From Patescibacteria group bacterium (GTDB lineage: Bacteria; Patescibacteriota; Patescibacteriia; JACRDY01), in the NCBI GenBank assembly GCA_041653535.1, contig JBAZFH010000002.1, forward strand, positions 173,011 through 237,010: 64,000 bases of DNA. Reading direction: 5' to 3'. The translations under genes and the position numbers were made by a program. Shown in pieces: positions 1-9,056 of the stretch. The notes below the pieces were generated by a model. The model had not been told where the DNA came from. It did not search any database and worked only from the letters and a program-made list of their open reading frames with translations. The stretch's first letter is position 1. Each line of letters begins with the position of its first letter.

Positions 1-368
1 AAATTATTACCCCGATACTCAATCATCACGAGGACAAACCGCCGACATTGGAGGCTGTTATTGTCAAAGTGGCCGACGCTATTTCCGGTGCCAGACCAGG
101 AGCAAGAAAAGATACTTATGAAAATTTTTTGCAGCGTTTGGAAGAACTGGAAAAAATCGCTACTTCTTTTGCCGGAGTGGAAAAAACTTATGCTATTCAG
201 GCTGGTCGTGAAATCCGCGTCTTTATCAATGCTGACGAAATAAACGATCTGCAGGCGACTAAGCTTGCTCGAGATATCGCCAATCGTATCGAAAACGAAC
301 TCAAATACCCCGGTGAAATCAAGGTCAATATTATCCGCGAAATGCGCGTGATTGAATACGCCAGATAA
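1..368 (+). CDS. rny: Ribonuclease Y, C-terminal fragment (5' end outside window)
   Basis: Frame is open from base 3 (IITPILNHHEDKPPTLEAVIVKVADAISGARPGARKD...). This is the tail of the HD domain and the conserved RNase Y C-terminus ...EIKVNIIREMRVIEYA. It is followed by ymdB, as in Firmicutes. Confidence 0.85.
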   Translation, partial: IITPILNHHEDKPPTLEAVIVKVADAISGARPGARKDTYENFLQRLEELEKIATSFAGVEKTYAIQAGREIRVFINADEINDLQATKLARDIANRIENELKYPGEIKVNIIREMRVIEYAR

Positions 369-435
369 AATCAATGATTACTAATTGGTAATTTAGAAAT
401 ATTTTTTTACCAGCCAGACGGTCACTCTATAAAAT

Positions 436-1254
436 ATGATAAAAACGAATAACCTTAAAGTTTTGTTTTTCGGCGACGTCATCGGTAAAATCGGTCGGCG
501 GGCGCTGGTTAAGGCTGTGCCGAACCTTCGCAAAAAATACGAAGCTGATTTGGTGATTGTCAATGTAGAAAATCTCGCTCACGGCAAAGGTATTACTCGT
601 AAAACCTGGAACGAGCTGATTGAAAGCGGTATTGATTTTGCTACTTCGGGAAATCACATATTCAAAAAACCAGAAGGAGTAGAAATGCTCGACGAAGATA
701 TTCCGATTATCCGTCCGGCAAATTATGCACACAAAACTCCGGGTAAGGGTTACAAGATAATCGAAACCGCCAAGGGTCCGATAATGATAGTTAATCTTCT
801 GGGTCAATTGTTTATCAAGGATGAACCGGTACCGACTAATCCTTTCACCAAATTAGCGGATATTTTAGCTAACGCCAAACCAAAAAAGGTTAAAATGGTC
901 ATCGTTGATTTTCACGCTGAAGCCACTTCGGAAAAAGTTGCCCTAGGTCGGCAATTTGACGGCGAGGTATCGGCGGTTCTTGGTACTCACACCCATATTC
1001 CTACCGCCGATATGAAAATTTTGCCAAAAGGCACCGGTTATATTACCGACGTCGGTATGGTGGGAGATAAAAATTCTATCTTGGGCGGACAGATTGAACC
1101 GATACTTGATGCTTATATGAACAAAGAACGCAGTTCACGTTTTGAAATATCGGAAAACGGCATCTGCCTGGCTAATTTTGTCTATCTGGAAATCGATACC
1201 GCCAAAGGCTTGACACGTAAAATAAAACGGTTAGACAAGGAAATTGTCGTATAG
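436..1254 (+). CDS. ymdB: YmdB-family metallophosphoesterase (2',3'-cyclic-nucleotide phosphodiesterase-like)
   Basis: 272 aa. N-terminal LFFGDVIGKIGR, then VENLAHGKGIT, GNHIF and DFHAEATSEK (calcineurin-like metallophosphoesterase motifs). Conserved rny-ymdB synteny. Confidence 0.8.
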   Translation: MIKTNNLKVLFFGDVIGKIGRRALVKAVPNLRKKYEADLVIVNVENLAHGKGITRKTWNELIESGIDFATSGNHIFKKPEGVEMLDEDIPIIRPANYAHKTPGKGYKIIETAKGPIMIVNLLGQLFIKDEPVPTNPFTKLADILANAKPKKVKMVIVDFHAEATSEKVALGRQFDGEVSAVLGTHTHIPTADMKILPKGTGYITDVGMVGDKNSILGGQIEPILDAYMNKERSSRFEISENGICLANFVYLEIDTAKGLTRKIKRLDKEIVV

Positions 1255-1260
1255 TATAAT
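1231..1260 (+). promoter_or_regulatory. Putative sigma70-type promoter for hup (TTAGAC-18 nt-TATAAT)
   Basis: TTAGAC at 1231-1236 and TATAAT at 1255-1260, about 45 nt upstream of the hup ATG. By-eye match only. Confidence 0.35.
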
Positions 1261-1304
1261 AAAAGAGGTAAAATTAGAATAAATTTAACCACAAGAAAAA
1301 CCAT

Positions 1305-1604
1305 ATGAACAAAGCTACTCTAATCGAAACCCTAGCGCAAAAAGCCAACGTCTCAAAAAAACAGGCCGAGGATTTGGTTGACGCCCTGATGCAAACTATA
1401 ATGGACACTATTAAAGACGGCGGTGAAGTTACTCTTACTGGTTTTGGTACTTTTTCCGCTCGCGTTCGTAAAGGTCGCGAAGGCATTAATCCGAGATCGA
1501 AAACTTCTATTACCATTCCTCCGACTAAAGTAGTCAAATTTAAAGCCGGTAAGGTTTTGAAAGAAACGCTCAAGTCTTCCAGCAATACTCCGGCAGCCGT
1601 ATAA
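1305..1604 (+). CDS. hup: HU/IHF-family DNA-binding protein
   Basis: 99 aa. MNKATLIETLA...GFGTFSARVRKGREGINPRSKTSITIPPTKVVKFKAG is the canonical HU arm motif. Confidence 0.9.
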   Translation: MNKATLIETLAQKANVSKKQAEDLVDALMQTIMDTIKDGGEVTLTGFGTFSARVRKGREGINPRSKTSITIPPTKVVKFKAGKVLKETLKSSSNTPAAV

Positions 1605-1621
1605 AATATAGAAAATATTTT

Positions 1622-1660
1622 TTAAAAAATACCCCGCGATAAGCGAGGTATTTTTATTTA
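1622..1660. terminator. Bidirectional intrinsic terminator between convergent hup and clpP
   Basis: Hairpin ATACCCCGC-GATAA-GCGAGGTAT (1629-1651, one mismatch). It is flanked by an A-run upstream and a T-run downstream. Confidence 0.55.
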
Positions 1661-1712
1661 GTTTATAGAAGTTAGGTTGTTTTAGACCGTAATTTTTCCG
1701 CGTAAACAAAAA

Positions 1713-2300
1713 TTATTTGCTATTGATAATAATTTTATCGATAATGCCGTATTTTTTAGCTTCTTCTGCGTCCATGAAGAAATCACGATCGCCGTCTTTT
1801 TCTATTTTAACAACCGGCTGGCCGGTATGTTTGGCTAGCAGCTTATTCATTTTTTCGTGAACCTTGATAATTCTTTCAGCGCGGATTTTGACATCAGCAG
1901 CTTGTCCTTCGGCGCCGCCCATTACTTGATGAATCATTATTTCCGAATTAGGCAGAGCGTATCTTTTTCCTTTAGTACCAGCGGCAAGTAGCGTCGCTCC
2001 CATGGAAGCTGCCTGACCAACACAAATAGTGGCAACGTCACATTTTACATACTGCATGGTATCGTAAATAGCCAGCCCGGCAGTTACGCTGCCTCCGGGG
2101 GAATTGATATAAAGCTTGATGTCTTTTTTGCTGTCTTCAGCGTCCAAAAATAAGAATTGAGCGATGACAATGTTGGCGACAACATCGTCAATAGGAGATC
2201 CTAAAAATATAATCCGGTCTTTGAGCAAACGAGAATAAATGTCGTAAGCGCGTTCGCCGAACTGGGATTTTTCAATAACAGTAGGGATAAGGTAATTCAT
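1713..2300 (-). CDS. clpP: ATP-dependent Clp protease proteolytic subunit
   Basis: 195 aa. [19 protein letters not shown], catalytic-Ser context GQAASMGA, and IMIHQ. Confidence 0.95.
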   Translation of the reverse strand: MNYLIPTVIEKSQFGERAYDIYSRLLKDRIIFLGSPIDDVVANIVIAQFLFLDAEDSKKDIKLYINSPGGSVTAGLAIYDTMQYVKCDVATICVGQAASMGATLLAAGTKGKRYALPNSEIMIHQVMGGAEGQAADVKIRAERIIKVHEKMNKLLAKHTGQPVVKIEKDGDRDFFMDAEEAKKYGIIDKIIINSK

Positions 2301-2404
2301 AAATTAAGATTTTAAGAAGTTAATTCCAAAAAGCCAGTTTTGTTTTTGGGAGATGAATAAATGGTAGCATTGATGCGGTTAATTTTCAAGAACTTTAGCT
2401 TTGT

Positions 2405-2420
2405 CTGAAAACACTGAAAA
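2405..2420. promoter_or_regulatory. Direct heptamer repeat CTGAAAA-CA-CTGAAAA upstream of clpP (possible operator)
   Basis: Two exact 7-mers 2 nt apart (2405-2411, 2414-2420) in the 175-bp nrnA-clpP spacer, about 105-120 nt upstream of the clpP start. Confidence 0.2.
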
Positions 2421-2475
2421 TTTTGGCATTTATGAAAATAATAAAAAGAAAACGGGTATAAGAAGGTTTAAATAT

Positions 2476-3468
2476 CTAATTAATAACCGTTACTTTCCAG
2501 CCCTTGCCTTCTACTTTTTCTATCCGTCCCCGTACCAAAAATCCGGCGGATTTTTTGTGCCCGCCGCCGCCATATTGACGAGCGATTTCCGACACATCGA
2601 CGTCATCACGAGTGGTGCGCAGACTGCCGCGGACAAAACCGCCATCTTCTTCTTTGAAAATGATTACTGCTTTTGCCGTACCAAGGTTGTTTAAAAAATT
2701 TGCCACGCCGGCAAAATCATCAGGTGATACTTTGTTATCCTCTAAATCTTTAAGGGTGATGGCAGTGGTGGCTATTCCTGTTTGCGGGTCTTCTTCTAGG
2801 CGCAGGAGGGCAATTCCCCAAAGATGTAAAATAGGCAGTTTTTTGTTTTGCCAAGTATTTATTGTTACTTCTTGCAGTCGTGCGCCAAAACCAAGCAGTT
2901 CAGCGCCGGTACGTAAAGCGGTAAAAGTCGTTCCTAGATTTGTGAAATTTTCCGTATCGGTGACCAGTCCTGTCAGTAAGCAAGTGGCGATATCTTTGGT
3001 TATTATTATTCCCATTTGTACAAAAAGATTGTAAACTATTTCGCAAGTAGAAGAAGCGTCGGTTATTACCAGCGAGATATCAAAAAAATTCGGTTCGGGG
3101 TTTTGGTGATGATCAATATTGATAAAAGTTGTTCCTGTTTTTTTTATTTCACGTAGCTTTTCTTCGATGCCGGAATTTTTTAGTTGACCAAAATCAACCA
3201 TGACGACCAGATCGTATTCTTTCGTATAAATTTCTTCCGGGTTGTTTTTTAAAAAATTAACTCCGGGTAAATAACTCAAGCTGGCAGGAACGGGATAAAG
3301 ATTGAAAATCGTAAAATTTTTTGTGATACTTTTTAGATAATGACCAAAAGCAAAACAAGATCCGAGGCTATCTCCGTCCGGTTTGGGAATTGAGTGCCCC
3401 AAAATCAAAATTTTTTTTGAAGTCAATATTTTATCTAAAATTTTTTGGGCTAAAAATAGATCAACCAT
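2476..3468 (-). CDS. nrnA: DHH/DHHA1-family phosphoesterase (NrnA-like oligoribonuclease/pAp phosphatase)
   Basis: 330 aa. GHSIPKPDGDSLGS, NIDHHQN (the DHH motif), and C-terminal GGGHKKSAGF (DHHA1 GGGH motif). Confidence 0.8.
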   Translation of the reverse strand: MVDLFLAQKILDKILTSKKILILGHSIPKPDGDSLGSCFAFGHYLKSITKNFTIFNLYPVPASLSYLPGVNFLKNNPEEIYTKEYDLVVMVDFGQLKNSGIEEKLREIKKTGTTFINIDHHQNPEPNFFDISLVITDASSTCEIVYNLFVQMGIIITKDIATCLLTGLVTDTENFTNLGTTFTALRTGAELLGFGARLQEVTINTWQNKKLPILHLWGIALLRLEEDPQTGIATTAITLKDLEDNKVSPDDFAGVANFLNNLGTAKAVIIFKEEDGGFVRGSLRTTRDDVDVSEIARQYGGGGHKKSAGFLVRGRIEKVEGKGWKVTVIN

Positions 3469-3518
3469 AAATTAGTGTAGAAAGGGTAAGCGTAAAATAT
3501 AGAGAGGGGTATATTTTT

Positions 3519-3866
3519 TTATTTTTTACTCTCCTGGCGGATTTGCTCAAGCAGTCTTTCTACTTCTTGTGCCGCCATCGCTCCTCGGTCAATGCGAAAA
3601 GACAGTAGTGGGGTAAATTGCCAATCCAGTTTGGCAGCCAATAAACGGCGCAATTCTTTGACGCTATCGCGCAGCTTACCATAAACAATACCAATATTTT
3701 CTTCGGGGCTGACGGTTATCCAGATTTTGGCGGAGCGCAGGTTTGGAGATATTTGCGCGCGCAAAACAGTTACCAAAGAATCTTTTGGCAATTCGATCTC
3801 TCTTGCTATGATTTCGCTTAATTTGTCGCGCAGCACTTCTCCGGCGCGTTGGGCTCTATTAGACAT
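3519..3866 (-). CDS. rbfA: Ribosome-binding factor A
   Basis: 115 aa. RAQRAGEVLRDKLSEII...VTVLRAQISPNLRSAKIWITV is the typical RbfA KH-like core. Confidence 0.85.
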   Translation of the reverse strand: MSNRAQRAGEVLRDKLSEIIAREIELPKDSLVTVLRAQISPNLRSAKIWITVSPEENIGIVYGKLRDSVKELRRLLAAKLDWQFTPLLSFRIDRGAMAAQEVERLLEQIRQESKK

Positions 3867-3991
3867 AAGTTCACTATATTATAGCACAAAATGATTTTTG
3901 TAAAGGTGCGGCAGGTAAAAGACGGAATGTATGATATAAGATTTGTAATTTTTAATCTCCAGCCGTTAGCCTTCAATCATTTATTTCCAAA

Positions 3992-4020
3992 TTGACTTTT
4001 TGTCATAAATAACGTAAACT
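3992..4020 (+). promoter_or_regulatory. Putative promoter for infB (TTGACT-17 nt-TAAACT)
   Basis: TTGACT at 3992-3997 and TAAACT at 4015-4020, 15 nt before the infB ATG. The -10 element is weak. Confidence 0.3.
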
Positions 4021-4034
4021 TTTGAATACTTGTT

Positions 4035-6041
4035 ATGAATGTTACTGAGCTAGCACGAAAACTAAGAGTAACAACAAAAGAGCTACTGGAACTTTTGCCG
4101 CAGCTTGGTTTTGATATTGGCGCGCGAGCGATAAAAGTTGATCCGCGGGTAGCGTCGCAAATTTTACGGGAATGGCCGCGTTTTTATCGTGAACATCAGG
4201 CTAAGCTTGAGGCTATTCGCAAGCAAAAATTAATCGAAGAACGTAAGCTCAAAATGCAGGACAGCGGTCCGGTAAAACTGTCGGCAGTGATGACTGTCCG
4301 TGAATTCGCGGAAAAATTGGAAGTGCCGGTCAATCAGGTGATCGCCGAACTGATGAACAATGGAATCTTGGCAACGCTTAATGAGAGAATAGACTATGAC
4401 ACCGCTGCCATCGTGGCGGAAGGTTTTGGTTTTACGGTAGAAAAGTCGGAAGATGTCGCTTCCGACGTTGATATCGATAAGGATAAAAGAATAAGAGATA
4501 TCCTTGATAGTGCTGATAAAGAAAAATTGCAAGCACGTCCGCCGGTAGTAGTGGTGATGGGTCACGTCGATCACGGCAAAACTAAATTACTCGACGCTAT
4601 TCGTAAAACAAACGTTATTGATACGGAACACGGCGGTATTACTCAACACATCGGCGCGTATCAAACCATTTTTCAGGGACGGGCGATCACTTTTATCGAC
4701 ACTCCTGGTCACGAGGCTTTTACTACTATGCGTTCCCGCGGTGCCAAGGTCGCCGATATCGCCATACTTGTAGTAGCTGCCGATGATTCGATAAAACCGC
4801 AAACCGTGGAAGTAATTCAGATTTTACAGGCGCTCAATTTGCCTTTTATCGTGGCGATAAATAAAATCGATAAACCAGATGCCAATATTGAAAAGGTAAA
4901 ACAAGATTTGGCGCAGCGAAATTTATTGCCAGAAGATTGGGGCGGCAAAGTTGTTTGTGTGCCTATTTCCGCTAAACAAGGAACTAATATTAATCAACTT
5001 CTGGAGATGATCTTGTTGATTATGGATTTGAATAAAGAAAAAACTATGGCCGATCCTACCGGTCCGGCATGCGGTACTATTATCGAAGCTCATAAAGATG
5101 CCGGCGAAGGAGCCGTGGCAACATTGTTAGTGCAAACCGGTACTTTAAAAGTAAATGATATTTTGTCTATTAATGGCGCTTTTTACGGTCGGGTGCGGGC
5201 GATGAAAGATTGGATCGGCAAAGATGTTTTTGCCGCTCCGCCGGGAATGCCGGTCAAGATTTTAGGTTGGCGGGCGGAAGCCGCGGTCGGTGATATATTA
5301 GAAGTCGTATCCGATGTCAAAAAACTAAACGAACAAAAGATAAAGAAGCAAAAACCGTCGTCTGTTTCTAGCGCCGTAGTAACGCAAACCGAAAATTCCA
5401 GCGAAGAAGACGAGGAGAAGATAAAGACTCTGAATATAGTTTTGCGCAGCGATGTACTGGGTTCGACCGAAGCGATTGTCGAATCTTTGGCTAAACTAGA
5501 AATTCCGCATGGTGTAAAGTATAAAATAGTTTCTCAAGGGCTGGGTAATATAGTTGAATCCGACGTTTTGCGTGCCGAAGGCGACAACGGCGTGGTACTC
5601 GGTTTTAACGTTCAGGTTACGCCACTGGCTAATAAAATAGCGGATGAAAAAAAGGTAGAGGTAAAAACCTATAAAATCATTTATGAGTTGCTTGATTTGG
5701 TAAGAACAAAACTAAACGCTATGATTGAAGTAGAGATTAAAGAAAACGATATCGGCAAGGTGGAAGTTTTGGCGTTATTTAGAAAAGATAAGGTTGGTCA
5801 AGTGGTTGGCGGTCGTGTTAAGTCTGGCAAGATAGAAACCGGAGCCAAGGTTCGCGTGATGCGCGAGAATCTTGATTTAGCGCGACTGAAAATTTTGGAG
5901 TTACAAACCACCAAGCAGATAGTCAAAGACGTAGAGAAAGGTTTTGAATGTGGTATTAAATTAGAAGGAAAATTTGAGGTAGCTGTTGGTGATACGCTGG
6001 AAGTCTATCAGGAAGAAATGATAGAGAGAAAAGTAAAATAA
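4035..6041 (+). CDS. infB: Translation initiation factor IF-2
   Basis: 668 aa. IF2_N helix (MNVTELARKL...), GTPase motifs GHVDHGKTKLLD, DTPGHEAF and NKID, and a conserved C-terminal beta-barrel region. Confidence 0.95.
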   Translation: MNVTELARKLRVTTKELLELLPQLGFDIGARAIKVDPRVASQILREWPRFYREHQAKLEAIRKQKLIEERKLKMQDSGPVKLSAVMTVREFAEKLEVPVNQVIAELMNNGILATLNERIDYDTAAIVAEGFGFTVEKSEDVASDVDIDKDKRIRDILDSADKEKLQARPPVVVVMGHVDHGKTKLLDAIRKTNVIDTEHGGITQHIGAYQTIFQGRAITFIDTPGHEAFTTMRSRGAKVADIAILVVAADDSIKPQTVEVIQILQALNLPFIVAINKIDKPDANIEKVKQDLAQRNLLPEDWGGKVVCVPISAKQGTNINQLLEMILLIMDLNKEKTMADPTGPACGTIIEAHKDAGEGAVATLLVQTGTLKVNDILSINGAFYGRVRAMKDWIGKDVFAAPPGMPVKILGWRAEAAVGDILEVVSDVKKLNEQKIKKQKPSSVSSAVVTQTENSSEEDEEKIKTLNIVLRSDVLGSTEAIVESLAKLEIPHGVKYKIVSQGLGNIVESDVLRAEGDNGVVLGFNVQVTPLANKIADEKKVEVKTYKIIYELLDLVRTKLNAMIEVEIKENDIGKVEVLALFRKDKVGQVVGGRVKSGKIETGAKVRVMRENLDLARLKILELQTTKQIVKDVEKGFECGIKLEGKFEVAVGDTLEVYQEEMIERKVK

Positions 6042-6067
6042 TTAATGATTAACAATTAATAATTTAT

Positions 6068-6391
6068 ATGTCTGAGATTATATTAGATGACAAAAATTTT
6101 GAGGCAGAAGTACTCGCCTCTGACGTGCCGGTGCTTGTAGATTTTTATGCCGTTTGGTGCGGTCCGTGCAAAATACAGGGGCCGATGATTGATGAATTAG
6201 CCGAGGAGATGAAGGACCAAAAAGTAAAAATCGCCAAACTGGACGTTGACAAAGCGCCGGAATTTTCCCAGAAATACGAAATTATGTCTGTTCCTACCTT
6301 GATTATTTTTAAAGGCGGGCAAATAGTCGAACGCATGACTGGGATGAGAACAAAAGAGGAATTAAAAGAAAAGTTGGAAAAGTTAATATAA
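6068..6391 (+). CDS. trxA: Thioredoxin
   Basis: 107 aa with the WCGPC active site and the VPTLIIFKGG motif. Confidence 0.95.
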   Translation: MSEIILDDKNFEAEVLASDVPVLVDFYAVWCGPCKIQGPMIDELAEEMKDQKVKIAKLDVDKAPEFSQKYEIMSVPTLIIFKGGQIVERMTGMRTKEELKEKLEKLI

Positions 6392-6414
6392 TATAATAAG
6401 TTTTTAGAATATTT

Positions 6415-6447
6415 TAAAACTCCGTTTATTGGGCGGAGTTTTTTAAT
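6415..6447. terminator. Intrinsic terminator shared by convergent trxA and the TrmB-like gene
   Basis: AAAACTCCG (6416-6424) pairs with CGGAGTTTT (6434-6442), followed by a T-run. It overlaps the last codons of the minus-strand gene. Confidence 0.5.
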
Positions 6448-7211
6448 ATTATCCCGCTAGACACGGACCACAATCCTTCAAATATCGCGAGCATGGTATC
6501 GTGAAATTCTTTTGATTGGATTAGTACTGCCGACAGTTCTTTGAGTGAAGAAATAATCAGCACTTTGTCATCGTAAATATCGATGACTGAAGAAAATTTT
6601 CCGTACATTACCGGCGGCAGGACGCGAGGGTTGCGTTCCAGGAGCTGTTGCGGGGTCATTAGTTTTTGACTTTCTTGGTATTCCCAGAGCGATCGGCTGG
6701 TAATACCTTTGGCTTGGCGGGTTTCCACGAAATATTTGGCGTAATTTTTATCAAATTCAGAAAAAAAGTTTTTAATGGGAGAAATAATATCCCAGTGTTT
6801 TGATTTGCAGTAGAGTGCGTCTTCGATTACTGTTTTTACGCCCTCGATCCCTTCATAGTGATAGACGCTGATTTTATTTTCCGGCTGTTCCATGCTTTGT
6901 AGCAGGAGCGGGATAATAGCGGAGATTTCACCTTTTTGTTTTTCTAGCATTCTAATTTTTTCTTGGAGCAGGTTTTGGATGTTTTTCGGGTCGGTGGCGG
7001 TGAAAAGTATTTTTTGTCCGGAAATTTTTTTCCCGACCAGTCCCTTGTCTGTCAAAGTGCCTAGGGCGTGATAAATTGTCGTCCGGTTAACGTTGGTTTG
7101 TTTGACCAGTTCATTTACCCCGATCGTCGAGTATTTCAAAGCAGCGAGGTATATCTTTACTTCAGTTTGCGTCAGACCTAGATTTTTTAGAGAGTCGGTG
7201 ATTTGGGACAT
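6426..7211 (-). CDS. TrmB-family transcriptional regulator
   Basis: The ORF track gives 6426..7310. I trimmed it to the ATG at 7211 (MSQITDSLKNLGLTQTEVKIYLAALKY...NRTTIYHALGTLTDKGLV, a TrmB winged helix). The 33 upstream codons are translated low-complexity leader repeat. Confidence 0.7.
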   Translation of the reverse strand: MSQITDSLKNLGLTQTEVKIYLAALKYSTIGVNELVKQTNVNRTTIYHALGTLTDKGLVGKKISGQKILFTATDPKNIQNLLQEKIRMLEKQKGEISAIIPLLLQSMEQPENKISVYHYEGIEGVKTVIEDALYCKSKHWDIISPIKNFFSEFDKNYAKYFVETRQAKGITSRSLWEYQESQKLMTPQQLLERNPRVLPPVMYGKFSSVIDIYDDKVLIISSLKELSAVLIQSKEFHDTMLAIFEGLWSVSSGIILKNSAQ

Positions 7212-7248
7212 ATTGGTAGTTGGTAGATGGTAGTTGGGGATTAGGGTC
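7212..7248. repeat. G/T-rich short-period repeat (ATTGGTAGTTGGTAGATGGTAGTTGGGGATTAGGGTC)
   Basis: Direct reading. On the minus strand it is a G-free C/A/T leader that abuts the TrmB-like ATG. It matches 25 of 37 positions with 11069-11105 in the same orientation. Confidence 0.6.
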
Positions 7249-7464
7249 AAGAGAAATAAGAAATTGGAAATGACTATTATAATAATATTAGTTATTGATG
7301 GTTTTGTCAAAGATTGTTTGTAATGAAATATATTTAAAATTAGATAAAAAATTTATTTGTTTATCAATAGTTATAAACACATATTAACACTTTTGGTATT
7401 TAGCTGTTAAATATAGGTGGAAAAAGAACATTAAAAATTGAAACAAACAAAAAGGAGGATAACG

Positions 7465-8349
7465 ATGATTATCGATGTCCATACCCATACTACTACGCAC
7501 GATCTGTGGGATTTACATACCAAAACCGCCACACTGACCGATCTGGAAGGATTGGCCGCGCAGTACGACGTCAGGAAAATCATCCTGATGGCAACGTATT
7601 TTCCGACCAAAGGCACGGGACTGCACAATTTGGATCTGCTGCGCCGAATCGGAGAAAGCAAACTTTTTGCCATGTGCGCCAGTCTAAACGCTATGACTGC
7701 TGACGGTCTACACATCGGTCTGCAGGAGATCAGCCTCTTGGCGCGAGAAAAAATGATCGTCGGGATTAAGCTCTATCCCGGTTATCAAAATTTTCACCTT
7801 TCCGATCGACGAATCGATCCACTGTATGAGCTCGCGGAAAAGTATCGTTTGCCGGTGACGGTTCATACCGGTGAGTTGCATCACTGCTGCCCGGTCAAAG
7901 ATCGGGGAGAGGGTCGCGGTCGCTGCGGTCAAGTCTGCCCGATTGACGAGTGGCAAAATTTGGCGCGACCGTCGCAGATTATCGAAGCAGCGACACGCTT
8001 TCCCGAAGTCAATTTTGTGCTGGCACATCTGGCCAATCCCTACTTCAGTGAGTTGCTGTATGACGTGATGGCAGTATTGCCAAACGTCTACACGGATATT
8101 TCCGGACAGTTTCGTTCGGGAACAGAAGAAGCGACTGAGGAATACAAAGATGAAGTGTTGGCGCAAATCAAAATGTTTATTTCGTCAGGGCAAGCCGGCA
8201 TCGATCGAGTGATGTTTGGTACAGACTTTCCTATTCAGTCTTACGCCGACACGGTTGATTTCGTGGAACGGCTGGGACTAGGTAAAGAAGACAAGGAAAA
8301 AATCTACTGGCGTAACGCCGCAAGGCTGTTTGCGTTGGATATAGGGTAA
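7465..8349 (+). CDS. Amidohydrolase-superfamily (TIM-barrel metal-dependent hydrolase) protein
   Basis: Start set at the ATG 7 nt after AAGGAGG. MIIDVHTHTTTHD (HxH metal motif), VTVHTGE, and LAHLANPY...FGTDFP. Contains a Cys-rich insert HHCCPVKDRGEGRGRCGQVCP. Confidence 0.7.
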   Translation: MIIDVHTHTTTHDLWDLHTKTATLTDLEGLAAQYDVRKIILMATYFPTKGTGLHNLDLLRRIGESKLFAMCASLNAMTADGLHIGLQEISLLAREKMIVGIKLYPGYQNFHLSDRRIDPLYELAEKYRLPVTVHTGELHHCCPVKDRGEGRGRCGQVCPIDEWQNLARPSQIIEAATRFPEVNFVLAHLANPYFSELLYDVMAVLPNVYTDISGQFRSGTEEATEEYKDEVLAQIKMFISSGQAGIDRVMFGTDFPIQSYADTVDFVERLGLGKEDKEKIYWRNAARLFALDIG

Positions 8350-8360
8350 GGAGACGGAAT

Positions 8361-9056
8361 ATGGAAAGAAAAAGAATTTTGGTTACCGCCGGGTCCACAG
8401 TAGTGCCTATTGATCAGGTGCGAGTTATTTCCAATATCTTTAAGGGCAAAACCGGAACGGCTATTGCTGCACATTTTGCAGAGCGAGGACACGGCGTGAC
8501 TTTGCTCACCTCAAATCCAGAGCTGCTTGAAGATTACCGCGAGATCAGCAATGGCTGGAATATTCAGGTGGTGAAATTCCGGACGTTCAACGACCTGGCT
8601 AGCGCAATGAAAAAGCTGATCACTGCCGGCGCATATGACATGATCGTTCATTCGGCCGCAGTCAGCGACTATCAGGTCGCTCAAGTACTGACGAAAGATG
8701 TAGGAGGTCAGTTGTTGCCACTAGACGCTGGTACAAAAGTTTCTTCTCGGCACGGCAAGCTGTATCTGGAAATGGTGCCGACAGCAAAATTGATCGACAA
8801 GATTCGGACCGATTGGGGTTTTGCCGGCTATCTGGTCAAGTTCAAACTGCAGGTGGGAATCGGCGACGGAGAGCTAGTCAATATCGCCCGTCAGAGCCGA
8901 GCTGATTCGGCATCAGACCTAATCATCGCCAACTGTCTGGAGTGGGCCGCTCAATATGCCTATGCTATTGGGTCTGATAATACGGCAGAGAAAATTTCGC
9001 GGGAAAAAATCGGCGAGACGATTGAAAGGAGGGCGGGTTGGTATGACGAAAAATAA
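8361..9056 (+). CDS. CoaB-like phosphopantothenate-cysteine ligase domain protein (stand-alone)
   Basis: 231 aa. ILVTAGSTVVPIDQVRVISNIFKGKTG and HSAAVSDYQV match the CoaB (DFP C-terminal domain) motifs. SD AAGGAG lies 7 nt upstream. Confidence 0.65.
   Translation: MERKRILVTAGSTVVPIDQVRVISNIFKGKTGTAIAAHFAERGHGVTLLTSNPELLEDYREISNGWNIQVVKFRTFNDLASAMKKLITAGAYDMIVHSAAVSDYQVAQVLTKDVGGQLLPLDAGTKVSSRHGKLYLEMVPTAKLIDKIRTDWGFAGYLVKFKLQVGIGDGELVNIARQSRADSASDLIIANCLEWAAQYAYAIGSDNTAEKISREKIGETIERRAGWYDEK

Noticed and set aside
2301-4034. Small RNA or tRNA genes in the larger spacers (2301-2475, 3867-4034, 60351-60497, 63750-63935)
   Set aside because: By eye there is no cloverleaf-compatible sequence, no T-loop GTTCRANYC-type motif, and no recognisable tmRNA, RNase P or SRP box. 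This needs tRNAscan-SE or Infernal to be definitive.
3519-6041. The rbfA-nrnA pair divergent from infB as a rearrangement of interest
   Set aside because: infB-rbfA-nrnA linkage is known in other bacteria. An inversion of two genes is unremarkable, and nothing in the sequence suggests a mobile cause.
6426-7310. Long N-terminal extensions offered by the ORF track: 6426-7310, 7438-8349, 8956-9702, 57578-59539, 62817-63749. Also TTG starts at 18467, 20319, 32769, 50369 and 53336
   Set aside because: In each case an internal ATG sits right after the upstream stop or an SD site and coincides with the start of the conserved domain. The extensions would overlap the upstream gene or translate leader repeats.
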